A stretch of DNA of 64,000 bases. It comes from Candidatus Poriferihabitaceae bacterium. GTDB taxonomy: Bacteria; Pseudomonadota; Gammaproteobacteria; Arenicellales; Poriferihabitantaceae. The stretch is taken from the NCBI GenBank assembly GCA_965214055.1, contig OZ243931.1:1583380-1647379 (forward strand), read 5' to 3'. The number at the start of each line of letters is the position of its first letter. The stretch's first letter is position 1. Under the pieces are notes generated by a model. The model was given only the letters and a program-made list of their open reading frames with translations, ran no database searches and was not told the origin of the DNA. Below are positions 19,029 to 27,456 of the stretch, one piece after another. The position numbers were made by a program, and so were the translations under genes.

Positions 19029-20501
19029 ATGAGACAGTATCAATACTATGCAGGGGGACAGTGGCATGATCCCGCTTCCGGACGATGGATCGACAGTGAG
19101 AACCCCGCGTCGGGGGAAGTCTGGGCGAGAATTCCCGACTGCAATGTCGAGGATGTTGATCGGGCGGTGAAGGCCGCTCACGAGTGCTTTGACCAGGGGC
19201 CCTGGGGCAGGATGCATCCTGCACAACGGGGGCGGCTGATCCGCCGGATCGGGGATGCCATTGTAAAACACGCTGACCGCCTGGGTGAGGTGGAAACCCG
19301 GGACAACGGCAAGTTACCCAAAAATATCACGCCTTCTTTGACATCCTGGCAGACGGAAAGCTTTTATTATTATGCCGGAATGTGCGACAAATTCGAAGGG
19401 TCACTGCTGCCTTCGGAGGTTCCGGACATGCTGAACTACCTGCGTTGGGAGCCCTATGGGGTCTGCGGGCTGATCACTGCATGGAACTCCCCGCTTGGGG
19501 TGTTGATCTGGAAGCTGGCCCCCGCGCTGGCGGCAGGCAATGCCGTGGTGATCAAGCCGTCGGAACATGCGTCCGCCTCCACCATTGAACTGATGGAGGT
19601 TTTGCAGGAAGCGGACTTGCCGCCGGGGCTGGTGAATGTGGTGACCGGATACGGCAAGACCACAGGTGAACCCCTTGCAGATCACCCCTGTGTGCGCATG
19701 GTGAGTTTTACCGGCGGAATCCCCGGCGGCCGTGCCGTGGCCGAAGTGGCTGCGCGGAAAGTAAAACCGGTGGTCATGGAACTCGGGGGCAAATCTCCCC
19801 AGATTATCCTGGAAGATGCGGACCTTGATCTGGCGGTCAACGGGGTGGTATCCGGGATTTTTCCGGCAACGGGGCAAAGCTGTATATCGGGTTCCCGGTT
19901 ACTGGTACCACGGTCCCTGCTCGAAGAGTTCAGCAACCGACTGGTGGCGGTGGCATCCCGGGCACGGGTGGGGCATCCTGACGACCCCATGACCCAGGTG
20001 GGACCCATTGCCAATCGGCCACACTACGAAAAGGTGTTGCGCGATATCGAAAGTGCCGTGGAAGCCGGGGCCAGATTATTGCTGGACGGTCGCGGCAAGG
20101 GACCGGACAGGGGGTATTACATCGGCCCCACGGTTTTTTCAGGGGTGACCAATCAGGCCCGGCTGGCCCAGGAGGAAGTCTTCGGCCCGGTGGTAGCCAT
20201 CATTCCCTATGACGATGAGGAGGAGGTTGTCCAAATTGCCAACGACACGGTCTTTGGCCTGGCGGCGGGTATCTGGACCCGGGACACAAACCGCGCAATC
20301 CGCATGGCAGACCGTATCCAGGCCGGCACCGTGTACATCAACAATTACTTCAATGCCGCGACCCAGTCCCCCGTCGGTGGATTCAAGCAATCCGGCTATG
20401 GCCGGGAAAACGGTTTTGAAGGGATGCGCTGTTTCATGCAGACCAAATCGGTTTGGCTGGCAACCAATCCGGACCAGCCGGACCCGTTTCCGGATGAATG
20501 A
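19029..20501 (+). CDS. NAD(P)-dependent aldehyde dehydrogenase
   Basis: ITAWNSPLGVLIWKLAPALAAGNAVVIKPSE, VSFTGG, MELGGKSP and GQSCISGSRLLV, with the catalytic Glu and Cys in canonical context. Confidence 0.9.
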   Translation: MRQYQYYAGGQWHDPASGRWIDSENPASGEVWARIPDCNVEDVDRAVKAAHECFDQGPWGRMHPAQRGRLIRRIGDAIVKHADRLGEVETRDNGKLPKNITPSLTSWQTESFYYYAGMCDKFEGSLLPSEVPDMLNYLRWEPYGVCGLITAWNSPLGVLIWKLAPALAAGNAVVIKPSEHASASTIELMEVLQEADLPPGLVNVVTGYGKTTGEPLADHPCVRMVSFTGGIPGGRAVAEVAARKVKPVVMELGGKSPQIILEDADLDLAVNGVVSGIFPATGQSCISGSRLLVPRSLLEEFSNRLVAVASRARVGHPDDPMTQVGPIANRPHYEKVLRDIESAVEAGARLLLDGRGKGPDRGYYIGPTVFSGVTNQARLAQEEVFGPVVAIIPYDDEEEVVQIANDTVFGLAAGIWTRDTNRAIRMADRIQAGTVYINNYFNAATQSPVGGFKQSGYGRENGFEGMRCFMQTKSVWLATNPDQPDPFPDE

Positions 20502-20734
20502 ACCCCTCCGGCCTGATCCAGGGGGCCGGGTCCTCCGGTTATCGGGATGAAAAACGCACCACGGGATGATCCTGAAATACTGTCAATCCAATTTTAAAAT
20601 ATCACTGTTTTAATCTCACGGGAAACCTTAAAATCGATCATCCTTCAATTCCGGAAAAACTGGACAAAAAACCCGCCGGTTCAGGCCCGGTTCCGGGAAC
20701 CCGCTTACTTTCCGACTATTTTCTGTGACCTGCC

Positions 20735-21298
20735 ATGATTCAAAAACACTATATCTCCGCACAGGAACTGCTTGAAGACTCCTATTTGCTCGGTGCACAA
20801 ATCATCGAAAGCGAATTTCGCCCGGATTTCATTGTCGGAATATGGAGGGGAGGGGCCCCCGTTGGCATTGCAGTTCAGGAGATGCTGGAGCATTTCGGGA
20901 TTACCACGGACCATATCAGTGTGCGCACCTCGCTCTATCGGGGCATTGGTCAGCTGGAACCGGGTGTGCGGGTGCATGGACTGGATTACCTGGTGAAGAA
21001 TTTGAATGCCGAAAATGCGCTGTTGATCATTGATGACGTATTTGATTCCGGGCGCAGTATTGAGGCGGTCCTCAATCAACTGACGAGGAGGACCCGGCGG
21101 AATACGCCGGAGCAGATCAAGGTGGCAGCCCCCTGGTACAAGCCTGCCAACAACAAGACCGATCAAAAACCCGATTATTACCTGCACACCACGGACCGGT
21201 GGCTGGTATTTCCACACGAAGTGCAGGGGCTCAGTGACAAAGAAATACTGCAGGGAAAAGGAAACCTGTATAAAATCATCGAGAGCGTAAAGCGCTGA
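20735..21298 (+). CDS. phosphoribosyltransferase family protein
   Basis: 187 aa. FIVGIWRGGAPVG and the PRPP-binding loop ALLIIDDVFDSGRS. Confidence 0.8.
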   Translation: MIQKHYISAQELLEDSYLLGAQIIESEFRPDFIVGIWRGGAPVGIAVQEMLEHFGITTDHISVRTSLYRGIGQLEPGVRVHGLDYLVKNLNAENALLIIDDVFDSGRSIEAVLNQLTRRTRRNTPEQIKVAAPWYKPANNKTDQKPDYYLHTTDRWLVFPHEVQGLSDKEILQGKGNLYKIIESVKR

Positions 21299-21563
21299 CC
21301 GGGCAAGACAAATACACCATTTCGGGAAGATAGAATATTTGGAAAAATGATGAGTGGACCCTCCCGAATCCAACAGGGACAGCAATGGCCGGTTCGGTTT
21401 GCTCCCGGGCTGAACGAGTATGTCGTGAAAAAGATATGCCGCGACGCAAAGGGGCATATTCTCCGGCCCCCGGAATTTATATATTCTGATGGTGTGCATC
21501 ATCCCAGGTAGTGTAGTAAGCTCCCGGTGTTTGACTATTCAACTGATATCGCAGGAATAAAAT

Positions 21564-22259
21564 ATGACAGACGACTACGATGACGATATAGACCTGTCTT
21601 CGTTGCCCGATGATGAGCTTGTCGAGCAGATGCATGACGATCTGTATGATGGATTGCGTGACGAAATTATTGAAGGTACCGAAATCCTGCTGGAGCGCGG
21701 ATGGGAGGCGACCAAGGTACTGGACGATGCGCTGGTGGAAGGAATGCGCATTGTGGGCATTGATTTTCGGGATGGAATTCTTTTTGTTCCGGAAGTGCTG
21801 ATGTCTGCCAATGCCATGAAAGGCGGCATGTCCATACTGCGGCCGCTTCTGGCGGAAACCGGTGCCGAGCCCATTGGCAAGGTGATCATCGGAACCGTAA
21901 AGGGGGATATTCACGATATCGGTAAAAACCTGGTCGCCATGATGCTGGAAGGAGCCGGATTTGAAGTCATCAATCTGGGAATCGACAATCCGGTGGAAAA
22001 CTACCTGAATGCGATCGAGGAACACCAGCCCGATATCGTCGGCATGTCCGCACTGTTGACCACCACCATGCCTTACATGAAAGTGGTCATCGATACCATG
22101 GTGGAGAAGGGAATCCGGGACGACCATATCGTTCTCGTTGGAGGAGCGCCGCTGAACGAGGAATTCGGAAAGGCCATCGGAGCGGATGCGTATTGCCGGG
22201 ATGCGGCGGTGGCCGTCGAAACCGCCCAGACATTGATCGCGGAAAGGCGCGCCGCCTAA
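21564..22259 (+). CDS. cobalamin-binding corrinoid protein (MtgC/MtbC-like methyl carrier)
   Basis: Four-helix cap region followed by a Rossmann B12 domain with the His-ligand motif GTVKGDIHDIGKNLV...GFEVINLG and SALLTTT. The N-terminal 30 residues are strongly acidic (MTDDYDDDIDLSSLPDDELVEQMHDDLYD). Confidence 0.9.
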   Translation: MTDDYDDDIDLSSLPDDELVEQMHDDLYDGLRDEIIEGTEILLERGWEATKVLDDALVEGMRIVGIDFRDGILFVPEVLMSANAMKGGMSILRPLLAETGAEPIGKVIIGTVKGDIHDIGKNLVAMMLEGAGFEVINLGIDNPVENYLNAIEEHQPDIVGMSALLTTTMPYMKVVIDTMVEKGIRDDHIVLVGGAPLNEEFGKAIGADAYCRDAAVAVETAQTLIAERRAA

Positions 22260-22281
22260 ATGTTGCCGGGACATTGCAGCG

Positions 22282-22941
22282 ATGCCTTCCGGCCCTAGCC
22301 CTGGCCCTGGTTCCAGTACCAACCGGGTCCTGGTGATCGCCTGCGGTGCCCTTGCTCACGACCTGGTGCGGGTCAGGGAGATCAATGGCTGGGATCATAT
22401 GGACATTCAGTGCCTGCCCGCAGAATGGCACAACCGGCCCCAGCTGATTCCCCAGGCGGTGCGGAAGAAAATCAATGAAAACCGGAGTCGCTACAGGCAC
22501 ATGTTTGTGGCGTATTCCGACTGCGGGACCGGTGGATTGCTTGACCGGGTTCTCGAGGAAGAAGGTGTGGAACGCCTCCCCGGAGCACATTGCTATGAAA
22601 TGTTTTCCGGAACCAGTCAGTTCAATGCACTCCATGAAGCGGAAATCGGGACATTCTACCTGACCGATTTTCTGGCCAATCATTTTGACCGGCTCATTGT
22701 AAAGGGGCTCGGTCTGGACCGATACCCGGAATTGAAGGAGCAGTATTTCGGAAACTATACGAAACTGGTTTACCTGGCACAAAAGGACGATGCAGCCCTG
22801 GACACAATGGCCAGGCAGGCATCCGAGTACCTGGATTTGGAGTACCAGCGGGTCAGAACCGGTGACGGACATTTGACATCGGCCCTGGCCGTACAAATCG
22901 GCGGTTCGGTGGAGAACCCTGAAGCAGTGTCCAGGCATTGA
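22282..22941 (+). CDS. DUF1638 domain protein
   Basis: VLVIACGALAHDL...FVAYSDCGTGG...AHCYEMF, the pattern I associate with DUF1638 proteins encoded next to corrinoid methyltransferase genes. Confidence 0.75.
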   Translation: MPSGPSPGPGSSTNRVLVIACGALAHDLVRVREINGWDHMDIQCLPAEWHNRPQLIPQAVRKKINENRSRYRHMFVAYSDCGTGGLLDRVLEEEGVERLPGAHCYEMFSGTSQFNALHEAEIGTFYLTDFLANHFDRLIVKGLGLDRYPELKEQYFGNYTKLVYLAQKDDAALDTMARQASEYLDLEYQRVRTGDGHLTSALAVQIGGSVENPEAVSRH

Positions 22942-23273
22942 GCAGGAGGAGACCGCGATTGGCAAAATTAATTACAGTTTACTGGCGGGATATTCCTGCA
23001 CAGGTGATCGCAAAGGAGCGCCGTCAATCCGAAAAGGTTCCGCTCAGCGACCGTTTTGCCGAGGCCATTGACAGTGCGGCAATGCGGGCCGGAAAAGGCG
23101 GGACCGATGCGTATCTGGAGGAATGGAAAAGAGTCGGCAGGAACTGTGGAGAGGATTTGAAAGCCGAAGCCGAAGCCGAAGCGGCAAGACTGGAGGCGGC
23201 CTATGATAAGGAGAGATTGCTTTCCCTGATCCGGAATCATGGTGTTGAGCCCCCAGGCGAAATTCAATCCTGA
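22938..23273 (+). CDS. small Virulence_fact-domain protein of unknown function
   Basis: ITVYWRDIPAQVIAKE...LSDRFAEAIDSAAMRAG matches the so-called virulence factor domain found beside methyl-THF:corrinoid methyltransferases. Start is TTG 22938 or TTG 22959, coupled to the DUF1638 stop. Confidence 0.65.
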   Translation: MSRRRPRLAKLITVYWRDIPAQVIAKERRQSEKVPLSDRFAEAIDSAAMRAGKGGTDAYLEEWKRVGRNCGEDLKAEAEAEAARLEAAYDKERLLSLIRNHGVEPPGEIQS

Positions 23274-23389
23274 CATTCCGTGGTGCGGCGACGCATCGTG
23301 GATTCAACGGAAGGAGGGTTGTTGACAGGATGTGCCATTTGCCCCGTGATACCCGGACAATATTACTATAAAGAAGATCGAGAAAAAGA

Positions 23390-24292
23390 ATGACAGACAC
23401 GGTGATCAGTTCAGCGACGAAGGAAGTGCGGATAGGGTTTGAGCATCCATTCGTAATTATTGGGGAACGCATTAACCCCACCGGCAGGAAGATTCTGGCG
23501 GAGGAAATGAAAAACGGGGACTACAGCAGGGTGGAAAGGGATGCTCTCGCCCAGGTTGAGGCCGGGGCCCGGATGCTGGATGTGAATGCCGGGATTCCGC
23601 TGGCCGATGAACCGGGAATCCTGGCGGAATCCATCAAACTGGTGCAGTCCATTACCGATGTACCCCTGTCCATTGATTCCTCCATCGTGGCCGCCCTGGA
23701 AGCGGGACTGGCGGTATACCAGGGCAAGCCACTGCTCAATTCGGTGACGGGGGAAGAGGAGAGGCTGGAAGCCGTATTGCCATTGGTGGCCAAGTACCAG
23801 TGTGCCGTGGTGGCGATCTCCAATGATGAAGCGGGAATATCCGAGAACCCGGATGAACGGTTTGACGTGGCAAAGAAAATCATTGAGCGGGCTTCGGACC
23901 ACGGAATTCACCACAGCGATATTGTCGTCGACCCCCTGGTGATGCCGGTGGGGGCGGTGAACAGTGCAGGGCGACAGGTCCTGCACCTGGTGAAACGGCT
24001 TCGTGAAGAACTGAAAGTGAACACCACCTGTGGAGCGTCGAATTTCAGTTTCGGCATTCCCAACAGAAAAGGCATGGATGGGCATTTCCTGAGCATGGCG
24101 ATCGGTGCCGGCATGACTTCAGCCATCACCAATCCCCTGCACGAAGAAGTCATGCAGGGGGTCATGAGTGCGGATGTGGTCATGGGACACGACGTCAATT
24201 GTGCACGATGGCTGAAAAAATACCGTCAGCCCGTGGAGGAGGCCGGCGGGGCCGGTGGAAGGCGTGCCGGTCGACGCCGCCGCAGGGGGTAG
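23390..24292 (+). CDS. methyltetrahydrofolate:corrinoid methyltransferase (pterin-binding TIM barrel, MtgA/AcsE-like)
   Basis: IIGERINPTGRK...MLDVNAG...PLSIDSS...LLNSVTGEE...VDPLVMPVG...TTCGASNFSFG, the pterin-binding family signature. The C-terminal tail is GGRRAGRRRRRG. Confidence 0.85.
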   Translation: MTDTVISSATKEVRIGFEHPFVIIGERINPTGRKILAEEMKNGDYSRVERDALAQVEAGARMLDVNAGIPLADEPGILAESIKLVQSITDVPLSIDSSIVAALEAGLAVYQGKPLLNSVTGEEERLEAVLPLVAKYQCAVVAISNDEAGISENPDERFDVAKKIIERASDHGIHHSDIVVDPLVMPVGAVNSAGRQVLHLVKRLREELKVNTTCGASNFSFGIPNRKGMDGHFLSMAIGAGMTSAITNPLHEEVMQGVMSADVVMGHDVNCARWLKKYRQPVEEAGGAGGRRAGRRRRRG

Positions 24293-24312
24293 GACGATGA
24301 TTCGGTTCTCCT

Positions 24313-24696
24313 GTGGTGGATGAACCCGGAACAAGGACGGGAGGCTGCCTGTGCGAGGGCGTCCGGTACCGGATTGTTGGGGAAATTCGCCCGGTAATCA
24401 ACTGCTTTTGCAGCCAGTGCCGGAAAACATCGGGACACCACTTTGCCGCAACCCGGGCAGGTCTGGACCAGTTTACGCTGTTGAGTGATGAAACCCTGGC
24501 CTGGTATTCGTCTTCTGATGAGGCAAAGCGGGGATTTTGTAATCGGTGCGGCAGCAGCCTGTTCTGGCAAAGGCGGGGGACCGATACCATCAGTATCACG
24601 GCCGGGACACTGGACGGGCCCACCGGACTGTCCACCATGAAAAATATTTTTGTGGAAGAGAGGGGGGATTATCATGATCTTCCGGTATTGAAATGA
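24313..24696 (+). CDS. GFA (glutathione-dependent formaldehyde-activating / CENP-V) family zinc protein
   Basis: GGCLCEGVRYRI...CFCSQCRKTSGHHF...FCNRCGSSLFW, the Cys-rich GFA pattern. GTG start. Confidence 0.8.
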   Translation: MVDEPGTRTGGCLCEGVRYRIVGEIRPVINCFCSQCRKTSGHHFAATRAGLDQFTLLSDETLAWYSSSDEAKRGFCNRCGSSLFWQRRGTDTISITAGTLDGPTGLSTMKNIFVEERGDYHDLPVLK

Positions 24697-26705
24697 ACGA
24701 AACCCCGGGAATGGTTCAAATCGTCTTTCTGCCCTCTGGCAAACGTGGGGAGATTGCGGCAGGGAAATCGGTTCTGGAAGCGGCCCAACAGCTGGGCGTG
24801 GACCTGGATACCGTCTGTGGCGGGCGTGGAATTTGCGACCGTTGCCAGATTGATCACAGCGTCGGTGAATTTGCCAAATTCAGAATCCATTCAAACCCCG
24901 ATCACCTTTCCCCCCACAGTGCCAGCGAAAAAGCGTTTTTTTCGGCGGATACTGCCCCCACCCGCCGGCTGGGCTGCCAGGCAAAACTGGCTGGTGATGT
25001 CGTCATTGATGTTCCGCCGGAAAGTCAGGCGCACAAACAGGTGGTCCGCAAACGCCTGGATGTGCACAACATTGCCGTCAATCCTTCTGTTCGCCTGCAC
25101 TATATTGAAGTGCCGGAACCCAACATGCATGACCCCACCGGTGACCTGCAGCGGGTACTGGATGCACTGGAATTTGACTGGGGGCTGACACAGGTCCGGT
25201 TTGATTTTCATTTGCTGGCATCACTCCAGGAGACCCTGCGTGCCGGCGACTGGAAAATAACGGTGGCGGTTCACCATGAAAATCAGGCCATGGCCATTTG
25301 GCCGGGATTGAAAAACCGGGTCTACGGGGTGGCGGTGGATGTGGGTTCCACCACCATTGCCGCGCATCTGTGCGACCTGGTGAGCGGCCAGGCCGTGGTC
25401 TCCACGGGGCGGATGAATCCCCAGATTCGGTTTGGTGAGGATTTGATGAGCCGGGTGTCCTACGTGATGATGAATCCGGGGGGGGAAGTTGAAATGACCC
25501 GCGCGGTTCGCCAGGCACTGCAGGGCCTGGTTGAGGACCTGGTCAAGGAGGCTGAGGTGGACCTCCAGGATGTGGTGGACATGACCCTCGTGGGGAACCC
25601 GGTGATGCATCATTTGTTGCTCGGCATCAACCCGGTGGAACTGGGGGGTGCCCCCTTTGCACTGGCCACGGACCAGGCCATCCAGACGGCCGCCAGGAAT
25701 CTTGATCTGCATATCAACCCGGGGGGCAGGGCGTATGTCCTGCCCTGTATCGCCGGGCATGTCGGAGCGGACGCAGCGGCGGCCACCCTGTCTGAAGCCC
25801 CCTATGAGCGCGATGAATTGACACTGCTGGTGGATGTCGGCACCAATGCGGAAATTGTTCTGGGCAACCGGAAACGGATGTTGGCCGCTTCCAGCCCAAC
25901 GGGTCCTGCATTTGAAGGCGCACAGATCAGTGGTGGCCAGCGGGCAGCACCGGGGGCCATTGAACGGGTCCGCATCGACCGGACGACCCTGGAACCCCGG
26001 TTCAGGATTATTGGCAGTGAACGGTGGTCCGACGACCCCGGCTTTGTGGAGTCCACCGCTGAAACCGGGGTCACCGGGATTTGTGGCTCAGGAATCATTG
26101 AAGTTATTGCTGAAATGTATCTCGTGGGACTGGTCAAAGCCGATGGGGTTATTGACGGTTCGCTGTCGGACCGGACCCCGCGGCTGGCCCTGGACGGAAA
26201 AACCTGGAGTTATACCCTGTATGACGAAGGACCGGTTCAGGTCATCATTACACAGAATGATGTTCGCGCAATCCAGCTGGCGAAAGCGGCATTGTATGCG
26301 GGCGCGCGCCTGTTGATGGACAAGCTCAAAGTGGATACCGTTGACCGCATCCGGCTCGCCGGCGCATTCGGTGCACACATTGATGTCAAATATGCCATGG
26401 TGCTGGGCATGATCCCGGATTGCCGGCTTGAACATGTCACGTCTGCGGGGAATGCGGCCGGGACCGGGGCAACGATCACCTTGCTGGATCGGGATGCCAG
26501 GTCCGAAATCGAGGATGTTGTCCGGCGCATCCAGAAAGTCGAAACCGCAGTTGAAGCCAAATTCCAGGACCATTTCGTGGAGGCGCTGGCCATTCCACAC
26601 AAAACGGCTCGTTTTGAAAACCTGTGTCAGGAAGTGGACCTTCCCGTCCCGGACAATCCGGGGCCGGCGACCAGTGCCCGGCCGAGGCGCAGACGACGCC
26701 GGTAA
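24693..26705 (+). CDS. corrinoid reductive activase (N-terminal 2Fe-2S ferredoxin plus ASKHA ATPase domain, RamA/RACo-like, DUF4445)
   Basis: The N-terminus VQIVFLPSGK...CGGRGICDRCQ is plant-type ferredoxin-like. Then GVAVDVGSTTIAAHL, LVDVGTNAEIVLG and PTGPAFEGAQISGG actin-fold ATPase motifs. The C-terminal tail is SARPRRRRRR. ATGA overlap with the GFA gene. Confidence 0.85.
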   Translation: MNETPGMVQIVFLPSGKRGEIAAGKSVLEAAQQLGVDLDTVCGGRGICDRCQIDHSVGEFAKFRIHSNPDHLSPHSASEKAFFSADTAPTRRLGCQAKLAGDVVIDVPPESQAHKQVVRKRLDVHNIAVNPSVRLHYIEVPEPNMHDPTGDLQRVLDALEFDWGLTQVRFDFHLLASLQETLRAGDWKITVAVHHENQAMAIWPGLKNRVYGVAVDVGSTTIAAHLCDLVSGQAVVSTGRMNPQIRFGEDLMSRVSYVMMNPGGEVEMTRAVRQALQGLVEDLVKEAEVDLQDVVDMTLVGNPVMHHLLLGINPVELGGAPFALATDQAIQTAARNLDLHINPGGRAYVLPCIAGHVGADAAAATLSEAPYERDELTLLVDVGTNAEIVLGNRKRMLAASSPTGPAFEGAQISGGQRAAPGAIERVRIDRTTLEPRFRIIGSERWSDDPGFVESTAETGVTGICGSGIIEVIAEMYLVGLVKADGVIDGSLSDRTPRLALDGKTWSYTLYDEGPVQVIITQNDVRAIQLAKAALYAGARLLMDKLKVDTVDRIRLAGAFGAHIDVKYAMVLGMIPDCRLEHVTSAGNAAGTGATITLLDRDARSEIEDVVRRIQKVETAVEAKFQDHFVEALAIPHKTARFENLCQEVDLPVPDNPGPATSARPRRRRRR

Positions 26706-26830
26706 CCGGTGGCGAACACAATGCGTTGCCATGCCATGGTTTGATTTCCGGTTGGAGATGGCCGGTCCACCGCCCGGAGAATTCAGGGTCCCGGGTCCGT
26801 TCAACGTCCTGTTTTGCCGGTAGCCACAGG

Positions 26831-27313
26831 GTGACCGGGAAGATTCAGCGGGCAGGTGCCGGGGATGTTGACGCCATCGGCGCCTGTGTGAACGACGCCT
26901 ATCGCCACTATATCCAGCGCATGGGAAAGGTCCCCGGTCCCATGCTGGACGATTACGCCGGCCGCGTGAAAAACGATCACACCTATGTCATCAAGTCCCG
27001 GGACCGGGTCATCGGGCTGTTGGTTCTGATTGAGGATGAAAAGGGAATGCTGCTGGACAACATTGCCGTGCACCCCGATGTCCAGGGGCAGGGAATCGGA
27101 AAAAGACTGATGGATTTTGCAGAAGACCTGGTCGTGCGGTCAGGGTATACGAGGATCACGTTGTATACCCATGTAACCATGACCGAGAGTTTTGCACTGT
27201 ACAAACATCTCGGTTATGCCGTGAGCGAAAGAAAAACCGTGGATGGATACCGGCGGATTTACATGGAAAAGACCCTGGAGAAGCCGCAGACGGACCCGGC
27301 CCCGCTGCCTTGA
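26831..27313 (+). CDS. GNAT family N-acetyltransferase
   Basis: From GTG 26831: ...VIGLLVLIEDEKGMLLDNIAVHPDVQGQGIGKRLM...LYTHVTMTESFALYKHLGY, acetyl-CoA binding motif A. The track ORF from 26624 overlaps the activase and is probably over-extended. Confidence 0.7.
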   Translation: MTGKIQRAGAGDVDAIGACVNDAYRHYIQRMGKVPGPMLDDYAGRVKNDHTYVIKSRDRVIGLLVLIEDEKGMLLDNIAVHPDVQGQGIGKRLMDFAEDLVVRSGYTRITLYTHVTMTESFALYKHLGYAVSERKTVDGYRRIYMEKTLEKPQTDPAPLP

Positions 27314-27456
27314 GTCGTTTGGGGAAGAAAACGATGCCCCGGGGCGGGGCAACGTGGCGCCGCCATCATACTCCGTCATTGCCGTGTTGCAGGGCCTCCT
27401 GGTGCGCACCGCTGCCTGGGAACCAGGTCTGGCCGGTAACGGGGTTCCTTCCGAGT

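Noticed and set aside
17010-19271. 753-aa minus-strand ORF, the longest in the track
   Set aside because: It lies antisense to the GMC, ThDP-enzyme and ALDH genes, which carry unambiguous family motifs on the plus strand. Its translation is Pro/Gly/Arg/His-rich low complexity. This is a typical shadow ORF of GC-rich coding DNA.
21299-21563. Cobalamin riboswitch upstream of the corrinoid gene cluster (also checked 28996-29398 on both strands)
   Set aside because: By eye I could not find the conserved B12-box or GGGAA...GGTG...CCC core elements. A covariance-model scan would be needed to be sure.
20705-22965. Minus-strand ORFs of 265, 281 and 292 aa (20705-21502, 21477-22322, 22087-22965)
   Set aside because: They overlap the PRTase, corrinoid protein and DUF1638 genes in antisense and have low-complexity translations. 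The plus-strand genes have clear motifs.
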